Positions 16,380 to 32,095 of a stretch of DNA of 64,000 nt are shown piece by piece. The notes beneath the pieces are model-generated. The model made no database searches. It was not told where the DNA came from and saw nothing but the letters and a program-made list of their open reading frames with translations. Source of the DNA: Eledone cirrhosa (taxonomy: Eukaryota); contig OZ024765.1 in NCBI GenBank assembly GCA_964016885.1, forward strand, positions 16,058,001-16,122,000, written 5' to 3'. A program made the position numbers and the translations under genes. Each line of letters begins with the position of its first letter. Positions within the stretch are counted from its first letter, which is position 1.

Positions 16380-17260
16380 TTATTAGCCACAGGGGCCGAC
16401 ATGTAGGGGACAATACAAAGACAGGGACAGTGGCGTGGGGGGTGGGTTACAATGAGGTCGAGTAAAAGTGCACAATAGCAAGACTAATTTAACAATGAAA
16501 ATATACAAAATATAAAATAAACTATGCATAACTATAACAAAATAAATTCCCCGATAGGGGGTGGACGACTCGGGGGTGACTCGGGGGTGACTCGGGTACC
16601 CCAACAATCTTGAACCACCCTGCGATTCTAGGGCACCCAGGGAGAGCACCCCTCTCCTAAAGTTAGCTAGCCTATAGGCGCATGGTTGGAGTAGGCCCAT
16701 TCACACGGGCCATTCTCGCCACGTTCACCCACCTTTTAGCAAATGTACTGGGGGGGGGGGGGGGGGGCAGCACTTCTCTCTACACCCTCACCTTCCTTTC
16801 CACGTGAAACTTGAAGAAGTTGATGAGGGATTGGCCGAAGAGAAAAGTGTCTGTCTTCAGTTCTTTTAATCTGGTCCTCCATATAACCTCTTTCGCAACG
16901 GCCACCAGACAGAGGAAAATTTCCTGCTCTTCCTGATCTAAGGAAGGCAGTGGATCGATCTTCACTATGGACTCGGCCGATAGCCGGATTCGTTCCACAC
17001 GCGACAGTAGCTGTTCGACATAACTCCACAAGTCACTAATGCACGGACATTGGACAAGTGCGTGCAGAACGGTTTCGTCGTTCAGTGCGCCTGTTGGGCC
17101 GGTCCGTCTGACAGCACTTCCGTGCCTGTAGAGTTTATCCCGAACCGGCAGTGCCCCCCGGTAGCACTGCCAAGCGAGGGATTTCTGGAAATTGTCCATC
17201 ATCCCCGGCTCAAAAGTCCTCCGGTACAGACTGGTAATGAAATATTGTGTACAGTGCTCA
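16380..17260 (-). mobile_element. Tx1/L1-clade LINE 3' fragment (zf-RVT region plus 3' UTR)
   Basis: AWQCYRGALPVRDKL...ETVLHALVQCPCISDLW...AKEVIWRTR, the typical C-terminal zinc-knuckle region of L1/Tx1 ORF2. Confidence 0.8.
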
Positions 17261-17309
17261 GGTGCACTCCAACTCATCAAAAATGGTGTATGTATATCAC
17301 ATAGGGTAA

Positions 17310-17480
17310 TGTACAAACGTCAGGAAAATGAACAGTGCATGAGTCATGATATACACATGTGTGCATGTGTGTGGAAGGGGTACATCGGGTGTAGTTTTGG
17401 CGTATTTCGGGAAGCATGAGTGTTTTAAAGGATGCAGTGCCTCGGCAGCTAACAACTGATGCAGGGAGTTTGTTCCATGG
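17310..17480 (-). mobile_element. CR1-like LINE extreme 3' end
   Basis: Minus strand WNKLPASVVSCRGTASFKTLM matches the CR1/L2-group ORF2 C-terminal WNxLP...VV...FK motif. Confidence 0.65.
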
Positions 17481-19357
17481 AGGTTTTAAAGGATGCAGTT
17501 TCTCTCCAGCTAACAACTGATGCAGGTGGTGTGTTCCATGGAGGTTTTAAAGGATGCAGTGTCTCGACAGCTAACAACTGATGTAGGTAGTTTGTTCCAT
17601 GGAGGTTTTAAAGGATGCAGTGTCTCGACAGCTAACAACTGATGTAGGTAGTTTGTTTCATGGAGGTTTTAAAGGATGCAGTGTCTCGACAGCTAACAAC
17701 TGATGCAGGTAGTTTGTTTCATGGAGGTTTTAAAGGATGCAGTGTTTCGACAGCTAACAACTGATGCAGGTAGTTTGTTCCATGGACGTTTTAAAGGATG
17801 CAGTGTCTCGACAGCTAACAACTGATGTAGGTAGTTTGTTCCATGGAGGTTTTAAAGGATGCAGTGTCTCGACAGCTAACAACTGATGCAGGTAGTTTGT
17901 TCCATGGAGGTTTTAAATGATGCATTGTCTCGACAGCTAACAACTGATGCAGGTAGTTTGTTCCATGGATGTTTTAAAGGATGCAGTGTCTCGACAGCTA
18001 ACAACTGATGCAGGTAGTTTGTTCCATGGATGTTTTAAAGGATGCAGTGTCTCGACAGCTAACAACTGATGCAGGTAGTTTGTTCCATGGAGGTTTTAAA
18101 GGATGCAGTGTCTCGACAGCTAACAACTGATGCAGGTAGTTTGTTCCATGGAGGTTTTAAAGGATGCAGTGTCTCGACAGCTAACAACTGATGCAGGTAG
18201 TTTGTTCCATGGATGTTTTAAAGGATGCAGTGTCTCGACAGCTAACAACTGATGCAGGTAGTTTGTTCGATGGATGTTTTAAAGGACGCAGTGTCTCGAC
18301 AGCTAACAACTGATGCAGGTAGTTTGTTCCATGGATGTTTTAAAGGATGCAGTGTCTCGACAGCTAACAACTGATGCAGGTAGTTTGTTCCATGGATGTT
18401 TTAAAGGATGCAGTGTCTCGACAGCTAACAACTGATGCAGGTAGTTTGTTCCATGGATGTTTTAAAGGATGCAGTGTCTCGACAGCTAACAACTGATGCA
18501 GGTAGTTTGTTCCATGGATGTTTTAAAGGATGCAGTGTCTCGACAGCTAACAACTGATGCAGGTAGTTTGTTCCATGGATGTTTTAAAGGATGCAGTGTC
18601 TCGACAGCTAACAACTGATGCAGGTAGTTTGTTCCATGGATGTTTTAAAGGATGCAGTGCCTCGGCAGCTAACAACTGATGCAGGTAGTTTGTTCCATGG
18701 ATGTTTTAAAGGATGCAGTGTCTCGACAGCTAACAACTGATGCAGGTAGTTTGTTCCATGGATGTTTTAAAGGATGCAGTGTCTCGACAGCTAACAACTG
18801 ATGCAGGTAGTTTGTTCCATGGATGTTTTAAAGGATGCAGTGTCTCGACAGCTAACAACTGATGCAGGTAGTTTGTTCCATGGAGGTTTTAAAGGATGCA
18901 GTGTCTCGACAGCTAACAACTGATGCAGGTAGTTTGTTCCATGGATGTTTTAAAGGATGCAGTGTCTCGGCAGCTAACAACTGATGCAGGTAGTTTGTTC
19001 CATGGAGGTTTTAAAGGATGCAGTGTCTCGACAGCTAACAACTGATGCAGGTAGTTTGTTCCATGGATGTTTTAAAGGATGCAGTGTCTCGACAGCTAAC
19101 AACTGATGCAGGTAGTTTGTTCCATGGATGTTTTAAAGGATGCAGTGTCTCGACAGCTAACAACTGATGCAGGTAGTTTGTTCCATGGAGGTTTTAAAGG
19201 ATGCAGTGTCTCGACAGCTAACAACTGATGCAGGTAGTTTGTTCCATGGAGGTTTTAAAGGATGCAGTGTCTCGACAGCTAACAACTGATGCAGGTAGTT
19301 TGTTCCATGGAGGTTTTAAAGGATGCAGTGTCTCGACAGCTAACAACTGATGCAGGT
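17423..19357 (+). repeat. 61-bp tandem satellite, about 32 highly similar copies
   Basis: Unit TTTTAAAGGATGCAGTGTCTCGACAGCTAACAACTGATGCAGGTAGTTTGTTCCATGGA(G/T)G. No unique spacers. Confidence 0.97.
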
Positions 19358-19379
19358 CCAAGCGTTATGGTCCATATGG

Positions 19380-21660
<2,281 letters not shown>

Positions 21661-21957
21661 TTCTATGTAACAAAGTATACCCTATATCTAAACCTACCTC
21701 TACATATCGTGCTGAATCAAGGTGTTTTTAATGCAACACCTGGCATCGCAGGCCAATCGGTTGTCTATTATTACGTCTTAAGATTGAATTCTCTTCCGAA
21801 GGCAAGAAGAATAATTGAGAAGAAAAAAGAAACCACATTTCCAAATCCCCTGAAGTAAACTCTGGCCTAAAACCTAAAACAATATCATGTTCTTCTATAT
21901 TGAGTAATTGGTTTTCGATTTTTTTTCCCCCATCTCTACCGCTAGCAATAATAATAC

Positions 21958-22290
21958 TTGTTTCTACTGTTGGCACAAGGCCAGCAATTATTCCAGTGTA
22001 TTACTGGTACTTTATTTTAGAGACTCCCTAAGGATGAAAGGCAAAGTTAGCCTCGATAGGATTTGAACTCAGATCATAAAGGAGTGCAACCCTATGCTGC
22101 AATGCATGGCGTTCGACCCTCTACCTATACTGCCAAGCCACCAACCTTAGCAATATTAATAATTGTTTCTACTTTTGGCACAAGGCCATCAATTATCCCA
22201 GTGCATTACTGGTACTTTATTTTATCGACCTCGTAAGGATGAAAGGCAAAGTCAACCTCGGCGGGATTTGAACTCAGATCGTAAAGGGAT
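21958..22290 (-). mobile_element. Two SINE family 1 copies (second is partial)
   Basis: Similarity to 67-262. Confidence 0.85.
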
Positions 22291-22338
22291 TAATAATAAT
22301 AATAAAAGTGGTCACCACTGGTTTTGTTCGGATGTATA

Positions 22339-22478
22339 TAGTCCAGAATTAGCCGTCTAAACGGCTTGAGCTCAGCCGTCGGAGTCCTGCTTGTTCATAT
22401 TACCCACTCTACTACCCTAAGTATTGGGTACTTTGGTGTGTTATGGTCCATCTGGTTCCTTACCACACTTCTTCCGTT
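22339..22478 (+). mobile_element. Uninverted copy of the 24836-25194 family 3' region
   Basis: TAGTCCAGAATTAGCCGTC...GGTTCCTTACCACAC, running into (TA)n. Confidence 0.7.
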
Positions 22479-22479
22479 A

Positions 22480-22487
22480 TGTATATA

Positions 22488-22545
<58 letters not shown>

Positions 22546-22599
22546 TATGTATATATATGTATATGTATGTATATGTATATATATGTATATATATATGTA

Positions 22600-22632
<33 letters not shown>

Positions 22633-22699
22633 GTATATATATATGTATATATATATATTTATGTATATATGTATATATATATTTATATATATATATATT

Positions 22700-22735
<36 letters not shown>

Positions 22736-22788
22736 TATATATACATATATATATATATATACACACATATATATACATATATATATAC

Positions 22789-22865
<77 letters not shown>

Positions 22866-22902
22866 AATATATATATATATACATATATACATATATATAT
22901 AC

Positions 22903-22963
<61 letters not shown>

Positions 22964-22964
22964 C

Positions 22965-22997
<33 letters not shown>

Positions 22998-23010
22998 CAT
23001 ATATATACAC

Positions 23011-23071
<61 letters not shown>

Positions 23072-23094
23072 GATACATATATATATATATATAT

Positions 23095-23177
<83 letters not shown>

Positions 23178-23178
23178 G

Positions 23179-23209
<31 letters not shown>

Positions 23210-23524
23210 CATATATATATACATATATATATATACATATATACACACATATATATATACACACATATATATATATACACACACATATATATATACACAC
23301 ATATATATATATACACACACATATATATATACACATATATATATATATACACACATATATATATACACACACATATATATATATACACATATATATATAT
23401 ATACACATATATATATATATATACACACATATATATATACACACACATATATATATACACACACATATATATATACACACACATATATATACACACACAT
23501 ATATATATACACACACATATATAT

Positions 23525-23555
<31 letters not shown>

Positions 23556-23556
23556 T
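22480..23556. repeat. (TA)n/(CA)n microsatellite
   Basis: Direct inspection. Confidence 0.97.
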
Positions 23557-23880
23557 GCCAACAGAAACAAGGTATGGAAAACAACATTCAACCGAAATAA
23601 TATCAGAATATGAAAAACAGAGGAATATCTTGAATATGGCGGACCACACAGACTCGGAGATCAAAGACTCCCGAGGTGATATTATAGTCAAAGACTACAA
23701 AGAAAAAAGTAAATGTCATCTAATTGATGTATCGATCCCAGCAGATGACAGCATATCGATGAAATAAACTGAGAAATAAACCAGATATAAAGGTCGGTAG
23801 ACTGCAATATATGGAATATGGATGATAAAGACTGAAACAATAGATGTAATAATAGGTGCTGTGGGGAGGTAATAAACTGG
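23557..23880 (+). mobile_element. Degenerate R4/Dong-type LINE endonuclease fragment
   Basis: [34 protein letters not shown]...VIIGAVG, with internal stops. Confidence 0.7.
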
Positions 23881-23899
23881 TGGTGGTGGTGGGAGGTGG

Positions 23900-24490
23900 G
23901 GGATAGATATAGTGAGGGAGTGAGAGAGAGAGAGAGCGATAGAGGGAGTGAAAGTGAGAGAGATATAAAGAGAGAGAAAGCGAGAGATAGATAGATAGAT
24001 AGAGAGAGATTGTTAGAGAGATAGATAGTTTGATAAATAGTTAGATAGATAGATTGTTAGGGAGAGAAAGAAAGAGAGATTCTTAGATAGATAAATAGAT
24101 AGATAGATAGATTGTTAGGGAGAGAAAGAAAGAGAGATTCTTAGATAGATAAATAGTTAGATAGATAGATTGTTAGGGAGAGAAAGAAAGAGAGATTCTT
24201 AGATAGATAAATAGATAGATAGAGAAAGAGAGGGCTAGATAGAAAGATAGATATAGAGAGAGATAACAATAGAGAAAGAGAGGGAGAGATAGATAGGCAG
24301 ATAGATAGAGATATAAAGAGAGGGGGAGATAGTTATATATATAGAGAGAGATAAAGAGAGGGGGAGATAGTTAGATAGAGATAAAGAGAGGGGGAGATAG
24401 ATAAATTGTTAGAGAGAGGTAGATAAATAGATAGAGAGAGTGAGGAAGAGAGATTGTCAGAGAGAGAGAGACTGTTAGTGATAGATGGAT
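23900..24490. repeat. (GA)n/(GATA)n low-complexity array
   Basis: Direct inspection. Confidence 0.9.
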
Positions 24491-24494
24491 TAGA

Positions 24495-24652
24495 TGGCAC
24501 AAGGCCAGTAATTAACCAGTGCATTACTGGTACTTTATTTTATCCACCCCATAAAGGCGGAAGGCAAAGTTAACCTCGGCGGGATTTGAACTCAGTCCAT
24601 CAAGGGCCACCCTTTATGATGCAAATCGTGGCGCCCGACCCTCTACCGATGC
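24495..24652 (-). mobile_element. SINE family 1 copy
   Basis: Similarity to 67-262. Confidence 0.8.
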
Positions 24653-24795
24653 GGCCATGATGTAAAGGGGGGGGGGGGATAACACCATAGCTTGATGTGC
24701 TGATTTTTTACTTTAACAGTGTGTCTTGGCACCTAATATGTTTATACCACTTTTCTTCCACATGTGTTCCTACAACATGTATATATGGATGCATG

Positions 24796-24835
<40 letters not shown>

Positions 24836-24837
<2 letters not shown>

Positions 24838-25193
24838 TAGGAACGAGTAGGACCCCGACGGCTGAGCTCAAGCTAATTCTGGAGTAATTGAAAATGTTTA
24901 TCCTGGTACATGAATAGCCGAGAGCCGAGCTTCTCAGGGTGTATTTCCATATATGGTAAAAGTGATTGTCACACTTGTGACAATCACTTTTACCATATAT
25001 GGAAATACCTCCTCAGAAGCTCGGGTATTCATGTACCAGGATAAAAATGTTCATTTAGTCCAGAATTAGCCGTCGAAACGGCTGGAGCTCAGCCGTCGGG
25101 GTCCTACTCGTTACTATTGCCCACTCGACTACCCTAAGTATTGAGTACTTTGGTGCGTTATGGTCCATCTGATTCCTTACCACATTTCCTTCG

Positions 25194-25194
<1 letters not shown>
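24836..25194. mobile_element. Fold-back element in (TA)n with a 2-nt loop
   Basis: Arms 24836-24973 / 24976-about 25112. The right arm is extended by a tail to 25194. No canonical hammerhead core found. Confidence 0.75.
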
Positions 25195-25248
<54 letters not shown>

Positions 25249-25423
25249 TACTTAAAAAAATGAAATCGAAAATGCAACTTTTGTCTCTTTTTAATAAAAG
25301 TTGCATTTTCGATTTCATCTTTTTTCCTTATACTTTCACTCGTGTAGGACACCTCGGTTATTTTGTCATTTTGTGTGTGTGTGTATATACATATATATAT
25401 GTATATGTGTGTGTCTGTGTGTG

Positions 25424-25462
<39 letters not shown>

Positions 25463-25565
25463 GCATGTATGTACGTATATGTCTGTATGTATATGCATGT
25501 ATGTACGTATATATATGTATGTATGTACGTATATATATGTATGTATGTATATGCATGTATGTACG

Positions 25566-25598
<33 letters not shown>

Positions 25599-25669
25599 GT
25601 ATATATATATATATATATGTATGTATGTACGTATATATATATATATATATGTATATGTATGTATATACG

Positions 25670-25707
<38 letters not shown>

Positions 25708-25904
25708 CGTATATATATATATATATATATGTATGTACGTATATATATATATATATATGTATATGTATGTATATACGTATATATATGTATATGTATGTAT
25801 GTACGTATAAATATATATATATGTATATGTATGTACGTATAAATATATGTATATGTATGAATGTACGTATATATATATATATATATGTATATGTATGAAT
25901 GTAC

Positions 25905-25952
<48 letters not shown>

Positions 25953-26083
25953 GTATGTATGTACTTATAAATATATATATGTGTATATGTATGTAAATGT
26001 ATGTATGTACGTATATATATCTATATATCTATGTATAAATATGTATGTACGTATATATATATATATATATATGTATATGTACG

Positions 26084-26112
<29 letters not shown>

Positions 26113-26114
<2 letters not shown>

Positions 26115-26528
26115 AAATGGAAACTATATTTATAAAACCATATTTATTTCATTATACATATTTCAAGGGCCACAAAGGCAGATTATGGTGCGCTTTCATC
26201 ATATAAAATATAATATGGATTAGTTTTATAAATAAATATTGACATACCCTGAAAAATACAACCTTCCCAGTGAAGGTTGCATTTTTCAGGGTATGTCAAT
26301 ATTTATTTATAAAACTAATCTATATTATATTTTATTTGATGAAATCGCACCATAATCTGCCTAGCTGGCCCTTGAAATATGTGTAATGAAATAAATATGG
26401 TTTTATAAATATAGTTTCCATTTGTCAATATACATTGTATATTTACGCCAATTAATTTGTTGAGTGCGTTATATCAGTTATAAAAATATTTCGCTTGTTG
26501 TATCACAACAAATTAAATATAACCTCTA
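26113..26528. mobile_element. Fold-back element with degenerate hammerhead, related to 2031-2403
   Basis: Arms 26113-26266 / 26272-26425 with a 5-nt loop, tail to 26528. Core tattttat-TTGATGA...GAAA-TATGTG-TA-atgaaata at about 26328-26393. Confidence 0.75.
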
Positions 26529-26636
26529 CATATATATATATATGTATGTATGTACGTATATATATATGTATAGTATGTATATGTATGTATGTACGTATAT
26601 ATATACGTATATGTATGCATATGTAGGTATGTACGT

Positions 26637-26692
<56 letters not shown>

Positions 26693-26710
26693 GTATGCAT
26701 ATGTATGTAC

Positions 26711-26780
<70 letters not shown>

Positions 26781-26791
26781 ATGTATGTACG

Positions 26792-26834
<43 letters not shown>

Positions 26835-26855
26835 ATGTATGTATATGTATGTACG

Positions 26856-26886
<31 letters not shown>

Positions 26887-27767
26887 CTATGTATGTATAT
26901 GTATGTACGTATATATACATATATATATATATATATGTATGTATATGTATGTACGTATATATATATATATATATTAATATAATATATATATGTATGTATC
27001 TGTATGTACGTAGATATATATATATATGTATATATATATGTATATGTATGTACGTATATATATATATTTATATAATATATACATGTATATGTATGTATGT
27101 ACGTATATATATATGTATGTATATGTATGTATGTACGTATATATATATATATATATATATATTTGTATATGTATGTATGAACGTATATATATATATGTAT
27201 GTATGTATCCATATATCTATATACTCATATATATTCATATATATTCATATACATACATATATACGCATATACATATATGCGAAAAAGTACAAGAAATTAC
27301 AAAAATAACACGTACAATTTATTTAATACGACCTAGAAAGAGAATATCTAATATTCCAATGATATTTTGGATATCACATATGGCATATCCCTAACAACAC
27401 CGATTACCTGTTAACAGCTGATAATATGTGAAGCTTATCTCACTCACAGAACGAGAGAGGGCGAGAGCGTAAACGAAGCAGAACAGCTAATTTTCCTTAT
27501 CTCGCCAAGAGACTTGTTACTTTATATTATATATAAAGAAAAATATAACGTAGAAAAATAGACGGGAATAAACATATAAAAAGAGACATGTTGCCTTAAT
27601 GTCGTAATCTAATAGCCGCCATGTTTGTATGTGTGTGTATGTGTATGTATGTGTGTGTGTGTGTGTGTTTGAGAGAGAGAGGGTATGTATGTATGTGTAT
27701 ATATTTATAAGTATTTGAATATATATTTATATATATATATGTGTGTATATATGTGTATATATATATG

Positions 27768-27807
<40 letters not shown>

Positions 27808-27834
27808 TATACATATATATATATATATAAACAG

Positions 27835-27867
<33 letters not shown>

Positions 27868-28123
27868 CTTACATATATACATATATATATATATATATAT
27901 GGATATATATATATATACACATATGCATACATATAAATACATATATATATATACATATACATATATATATATACACACATATATACATACATATATATAT
28001 ATACATATGTATACATATATATATTTATACACATATATATATACATATATATATTTATATATATATATATATACATATATATTTATATATATTTATTTAT
28101 ATTTATATATAAATATATATATT

Positions 28124-28245
<122 letters not shown>

Positions 28246-28267
28246 TATATATATATATACACACATA

Positions 28268-28323
<56 letters not shown>

Positions 28324-28370
28324 TATATATACACACACATATATATGTACCCACACATATATATATATAT

Positions 28371-28413
<43 letters not shown>

Positions 28414-28599
28414 TATATACACATATATATATGTATATATATATATCCATGAAGTGGAGTGTTTAATACATTCCTCCCTCTTTATCTCATATTTGTTGTA
28501 ATTATATTCGTTACAATCTTCAAGCCGCCATATTTGTTCATTTGATAAATTCCGTTCTCACATGATTGCTAGATGCGTAAGACTTATCATTATGTTTAT

Positions 28600-29175
28600 T
28601 GCATGAATATATCTAATGTATATATACATGCGTGTATGTTGCATGTATATATCTAATGTATATATACATGCGTGTGTCTTGCATGTATTTATCTAATGTA
28701 TATATGCATGCGTGTATGTTGCATGTATTTATCTAATGTATACATACATGCGTAAATGTTGCATGTATTTATCTAATGTATATATAGAGCGTGTATGTTG
28801 CATGTATATATCTAATGTATATATACATGCGTGTATGTTGCATGTATTTATCTAATGTATATATACATGCGTGTATGTTGCATGTATTTATCTAATGTAT
28901 ATATACATGCGTGTATGTTGCATGTATTTATCTAATGTATACATACATGAGTAAATGTTGCATGTATTTATCTAATGTATATATACATGCGTGTATGTTG
29001 CATGCATTTATCTAATGTATATATACATGCGTAAATGTTGCATGTATTTATCTAATGTATATATACATGCGTGTATGTTGCATGTATATATCTAATATAT
29101 ATATGCATGCGTGTACGTTGCATGTATATATCTAAGTGTATACATACATGCGTGTATGTTGTATGTATATAGCTA
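28600..29175 (+). repeat. 40-bp minisatellite, about 14 copies
   Basis: Unit GCATGTATTTATCTAATGTATATATACATGCGTGTATGTT. Confidence 0.92.
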
Positions 29176-29269
29176 ATGTATATGTGCGTGTATATTTGCA
29201 TGTGAGCTTCAGTGGTTATAGAATGACATTGGCTGGATGTAGTGTGTATGTATATATGTATGTATGTAT

Positions 29270-29840
29270 CCCAGTACAACCTGTCTCATGGTCGGGTCGT
29301 TGGCGACTAATCTGGCAACCCCACCAAGGTGTCTTGGTGAGGAGGGTGACTTTGGACATCCTGCAGGACTAAACACAAAACCTGTCAAAGGGCAAAGAAG
29401 CTCTTAAGAGTCAATGGCCATCCAAAATCACCGGGAGAGATGACCCCGTAGCCTTTGTCAAGGCAGAATTCTAGGAGAAGGAAAACTCTGATATAACACC
29501 TGCAACCCTGATGGTATCCAATGATGTTGACTTGTTCTTCTTTTTGGTAAATATCATCTTGGTTAAGAGAGTGGGACTGGCTTTGTGCAGTGCCTTTGCT
29601 CACTATAAAAGCTTCACGGCACAGGCATTGCTTTATATATGGAGATTTCTCTGTCTTGTCGTCACATGGTACCATGGGCGTAGCACTATGAGTCAATAAT
29701 TGTCACAAGTGTAGTGTGTGTACCAGAGTTTTCAAGTCGCTGGCTGGACTAAAAAGTCACACTCGTTCAGCGCATCGGTAGGGGTTCTCCTACATGAATA
29801 TAAAGTAATGGCCGTACTCGAAAACGAGTTGGCAGCCACC
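29270..29840 (+). mobile_element. Bipartite non-autonomous RTE derivative (5' UTR-like part plus 3' end)
   Basis: Has CTAGGAGAAGGAAAACTCTGA (RTE 5' UTR-type motif) and the same C2H2/hairpin 3' end as 6350-6672. No RT. Confidence 0.65.
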
Positions 29841-30175
29841 ATTCATGTGGGGATGTGTGTATGTATGTATATATGTATGTATGTGTCTATGCATATGGGT
29901 GTGTGTATATGTGTGTGTGTGTGTCTGTACGTATATATGTTCTTCTGGTTTAATAATTTCACAAATATTTGCCAATAGAGAGAGAGTCGGTTTCTAACAA
30001 AGACACAAGACTTTCTCATTGGAATTTACACAACATCAACTAGGTAGATATGTATGTATGTCTGCATACACGCATGTGTAGATATGGATGTCATTGTATG
30101 TGTGGATGTGGATGTTTTGAGTTGTATGTGTACATGTGTATATGCTTTGTACCGGTACAAGTGTATATGCAGTTA

Positions 30176-30560
30176 TTAGATGCAGAATTTTTGGAATGTT
30201 TTACATATATTTGCTGTTCCAGTAATGGATTGTACTTGTAATTTCCTAACTAGTTGTGTTCTTTCTGTTTCTGTGAAGCCGAGCTTTTCAAGATTTGTAT
30301 TGAGGCAGTTACTAACATGCCCTAGTGCCCCAATAATCACAGTCATAAATCTGAAGGTATAATAAGGGTGGTGTATCTGCAGTTCCGCATAAATATTCTC
30401 CTTTTCGCTAATCTTTGATATTATAATGGCATCTGCTGGGCAGCTAACTTCCACTACTGTGCATGCCTTCTTCTCCCTGTCCCATATCATATCATGTCTG
30501 TTATGGCTGCATCTTATTGGGGTTTTTACTGGAATATTCCACCAGTACTCCTTCATATTA
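30176..30560 (-). mobile_element. R4/NeSL-type LINE restriction-like endonuclease fragment
   Basis: YWWNIPVKT...HNRHDMIWDREKKACTVVEVSCPAD...KENIY...VIIGALG. Confidence 0.75.
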
Positions 30561-30825
30561 TGTATATGTATGCACATGTATGTATGTATATATGCATGTA
30601 TGTGTGTATTTATAAATATATATCTGGATGTATATATGTAAGTCTGTGTACGTATGTATGTATGTATGTATGTGCATGTATGTACGTGTGTATATGTATG
30701 TATGTATGTGCGTATCTATGTTTGCATGTATGTTCTTCTGGTTTTATAATTTCACAAATGTGTATATGGAGTAATTACACGCAGAATATTTGTGTGTGTG
30801 TATGTTTGTATGTAATTTGTATGTA

Positions 30826-31105
30826 ATTTTCTCTAATCAAAACCTAAGAGAGGGGTGTCCAGCCGGTTCTTTGTTTCGGGGCCCAAAAGCTAAGAAGTTC
30901 CCTACAGCATCCATTTTGAAAAACATGTTTGCCTGCTTCGGGGCCTGATGAAGTCTTGTACCGCCTTGAAAAAATTCTCTTGGAAACGTTGTCTTTAATC
31001 CAATCTAGAACGTTCGAGGAAGGCAGCTATATGTATGTCTCATGGCGTGAAGCGACTGAGAGTACAACTCCAACAGCCTTACCAATAGGCCACGCGCCTC
31101 CACAA
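30826..31105 (+). repeat. Dispersed repeat, copy 1 (copy 2 at 32510-32815)
   Basis: Shared TTTTCTCTAATCAAAACCTAAG...GGCAGCTATATGT...AATAGGCCACG. Confidence 0.8.
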
Positions 31106-31111
31106 AATTTT

Positions 31112-31388
31112 GTCTGTCTGTCTTAAGCCAGAAGTCTCATTTGGCCAGTGTTTATCCCGCTTTCATGGCGTGAAGCGACTAAGAGTACAAGACTTCCCCC
31201 TGGACAGGACGCCAGTCCATCACAGGGTTAAACCCCAAGCTATCCCGGTTACTCATTTTCAGCTCAGTTTACAAGAGCAACGTGAAATGAAGTGCTTTGC
31301 TCAAGAGCACAACACACAACCCAGGAATCGAACCCACGACATAATGATCGTAAGTCGAACACCCTTACCACTAGGCCACGTGCCTCCA
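31112..31388 (-). mobile_element. tRNA-derived SINE family 2
   Basis: Reverse complement has A box TGGCCTAGTGG, B box GGTTCGATTCC and body motif CCCTGTGATGGACTGGCGTCCTGTCCAGGG. Confidence 0.85.
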
Positions 31389-31682
31389 TGTGGGGTGAGG
31401 TGACAAACAATTAATTGTGTAAGTGTATATAATTACATGTGTTTGCATGTTTGAATGATGCATGCGTTATATTTATTGTAGGCATTCAAGTCTGTATATG
31501 CATATGTATGTTTGAATAGATTCCTTTTTTATAATTATTGTATGCATTTATGAAGGCTCGTATGTATATATATGTACAAATATGTATTTCTGTGTGTTGT
31601 ATCTGTGTGTGCGTCTGTATGGTCGTATGCACACCTGTGTGTATTACATCTCTAGTAATTTATAATACTTTTTCTTTCATAG

Positions 31683-31831
31683 AATGTCGTTCTCTCCGCC
31701 TCCTACTCTCCAACGGACAAATTCCCGCTGAGGACGCTATGTCTATTCAGAATATTTACACAATCTCGCAACGGTGCTCGTCTAAATTACAGCTGCACAA
31801 CAGATTATTATCAGAAACCACGACAGACGAG
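31683..31831 (+). CDS. Candidate internal coding exon of an unidentified host gene (149 bp, phase 1 to 0)
   Basis: Acceptor tactttttctttcatAG and donor GAG|gtacgt. Open frame (E)CRSLRLLLSNGQIPAEDAMSIQNIYTISQRCSSKLQLHNRLLSETTTDE in non-repetitive sequence. Confidence 0.6.
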
Positions 31832-32060
31832 GTACGTTATTTAATTTCTCATTTGGATTTCATTGTGTTTTGTCTATCTATTATTCTAGGTGACCTGTGC
31901 ATAGTCAAATGTTATTAATGCCTTGTTTTCCTTTTATATTAATATCATAAATTGAGTACCCGGAGATACCTCTAATACTTTGCTTCGTGTAATCTATTCT
32001 ATTTATCTATCTATCTATCTGAATCTCTCTCTCCCTCTCTCTCTCCGCTCTTTCTATCCC

Positions 32061-32095
<35 letters not shown>

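Noticed and set aside
17423-19357. CRISPR-like periodicity (also the 54-, 117- and ~127-bp arrays)
   Set aside because: Head-to-tail units with no unique spacers, no cas genes, and a eukaryotic context.
21728-21976. 82-aa minus-strand ORF
   Set aside because: It starts inside a SINE tail and has no recognisable domain or convincing splice sites.
25255-25325. Short hairpin AAAAAATGAAATCGAAAATGCAACTTT / AAAGTTGCATTTTCGATTTCATCTTTT in (TA)n
   Set aside because: It may be another fold-back insertion, but it is too short, has no ribozyme core and has no second copy to classify it.
31310-31388. tRNA genes at the SINE heads
   Set aside because: The A and B boxes are attached to repeated SINE bodies, and no intact cloverleaf is evident.
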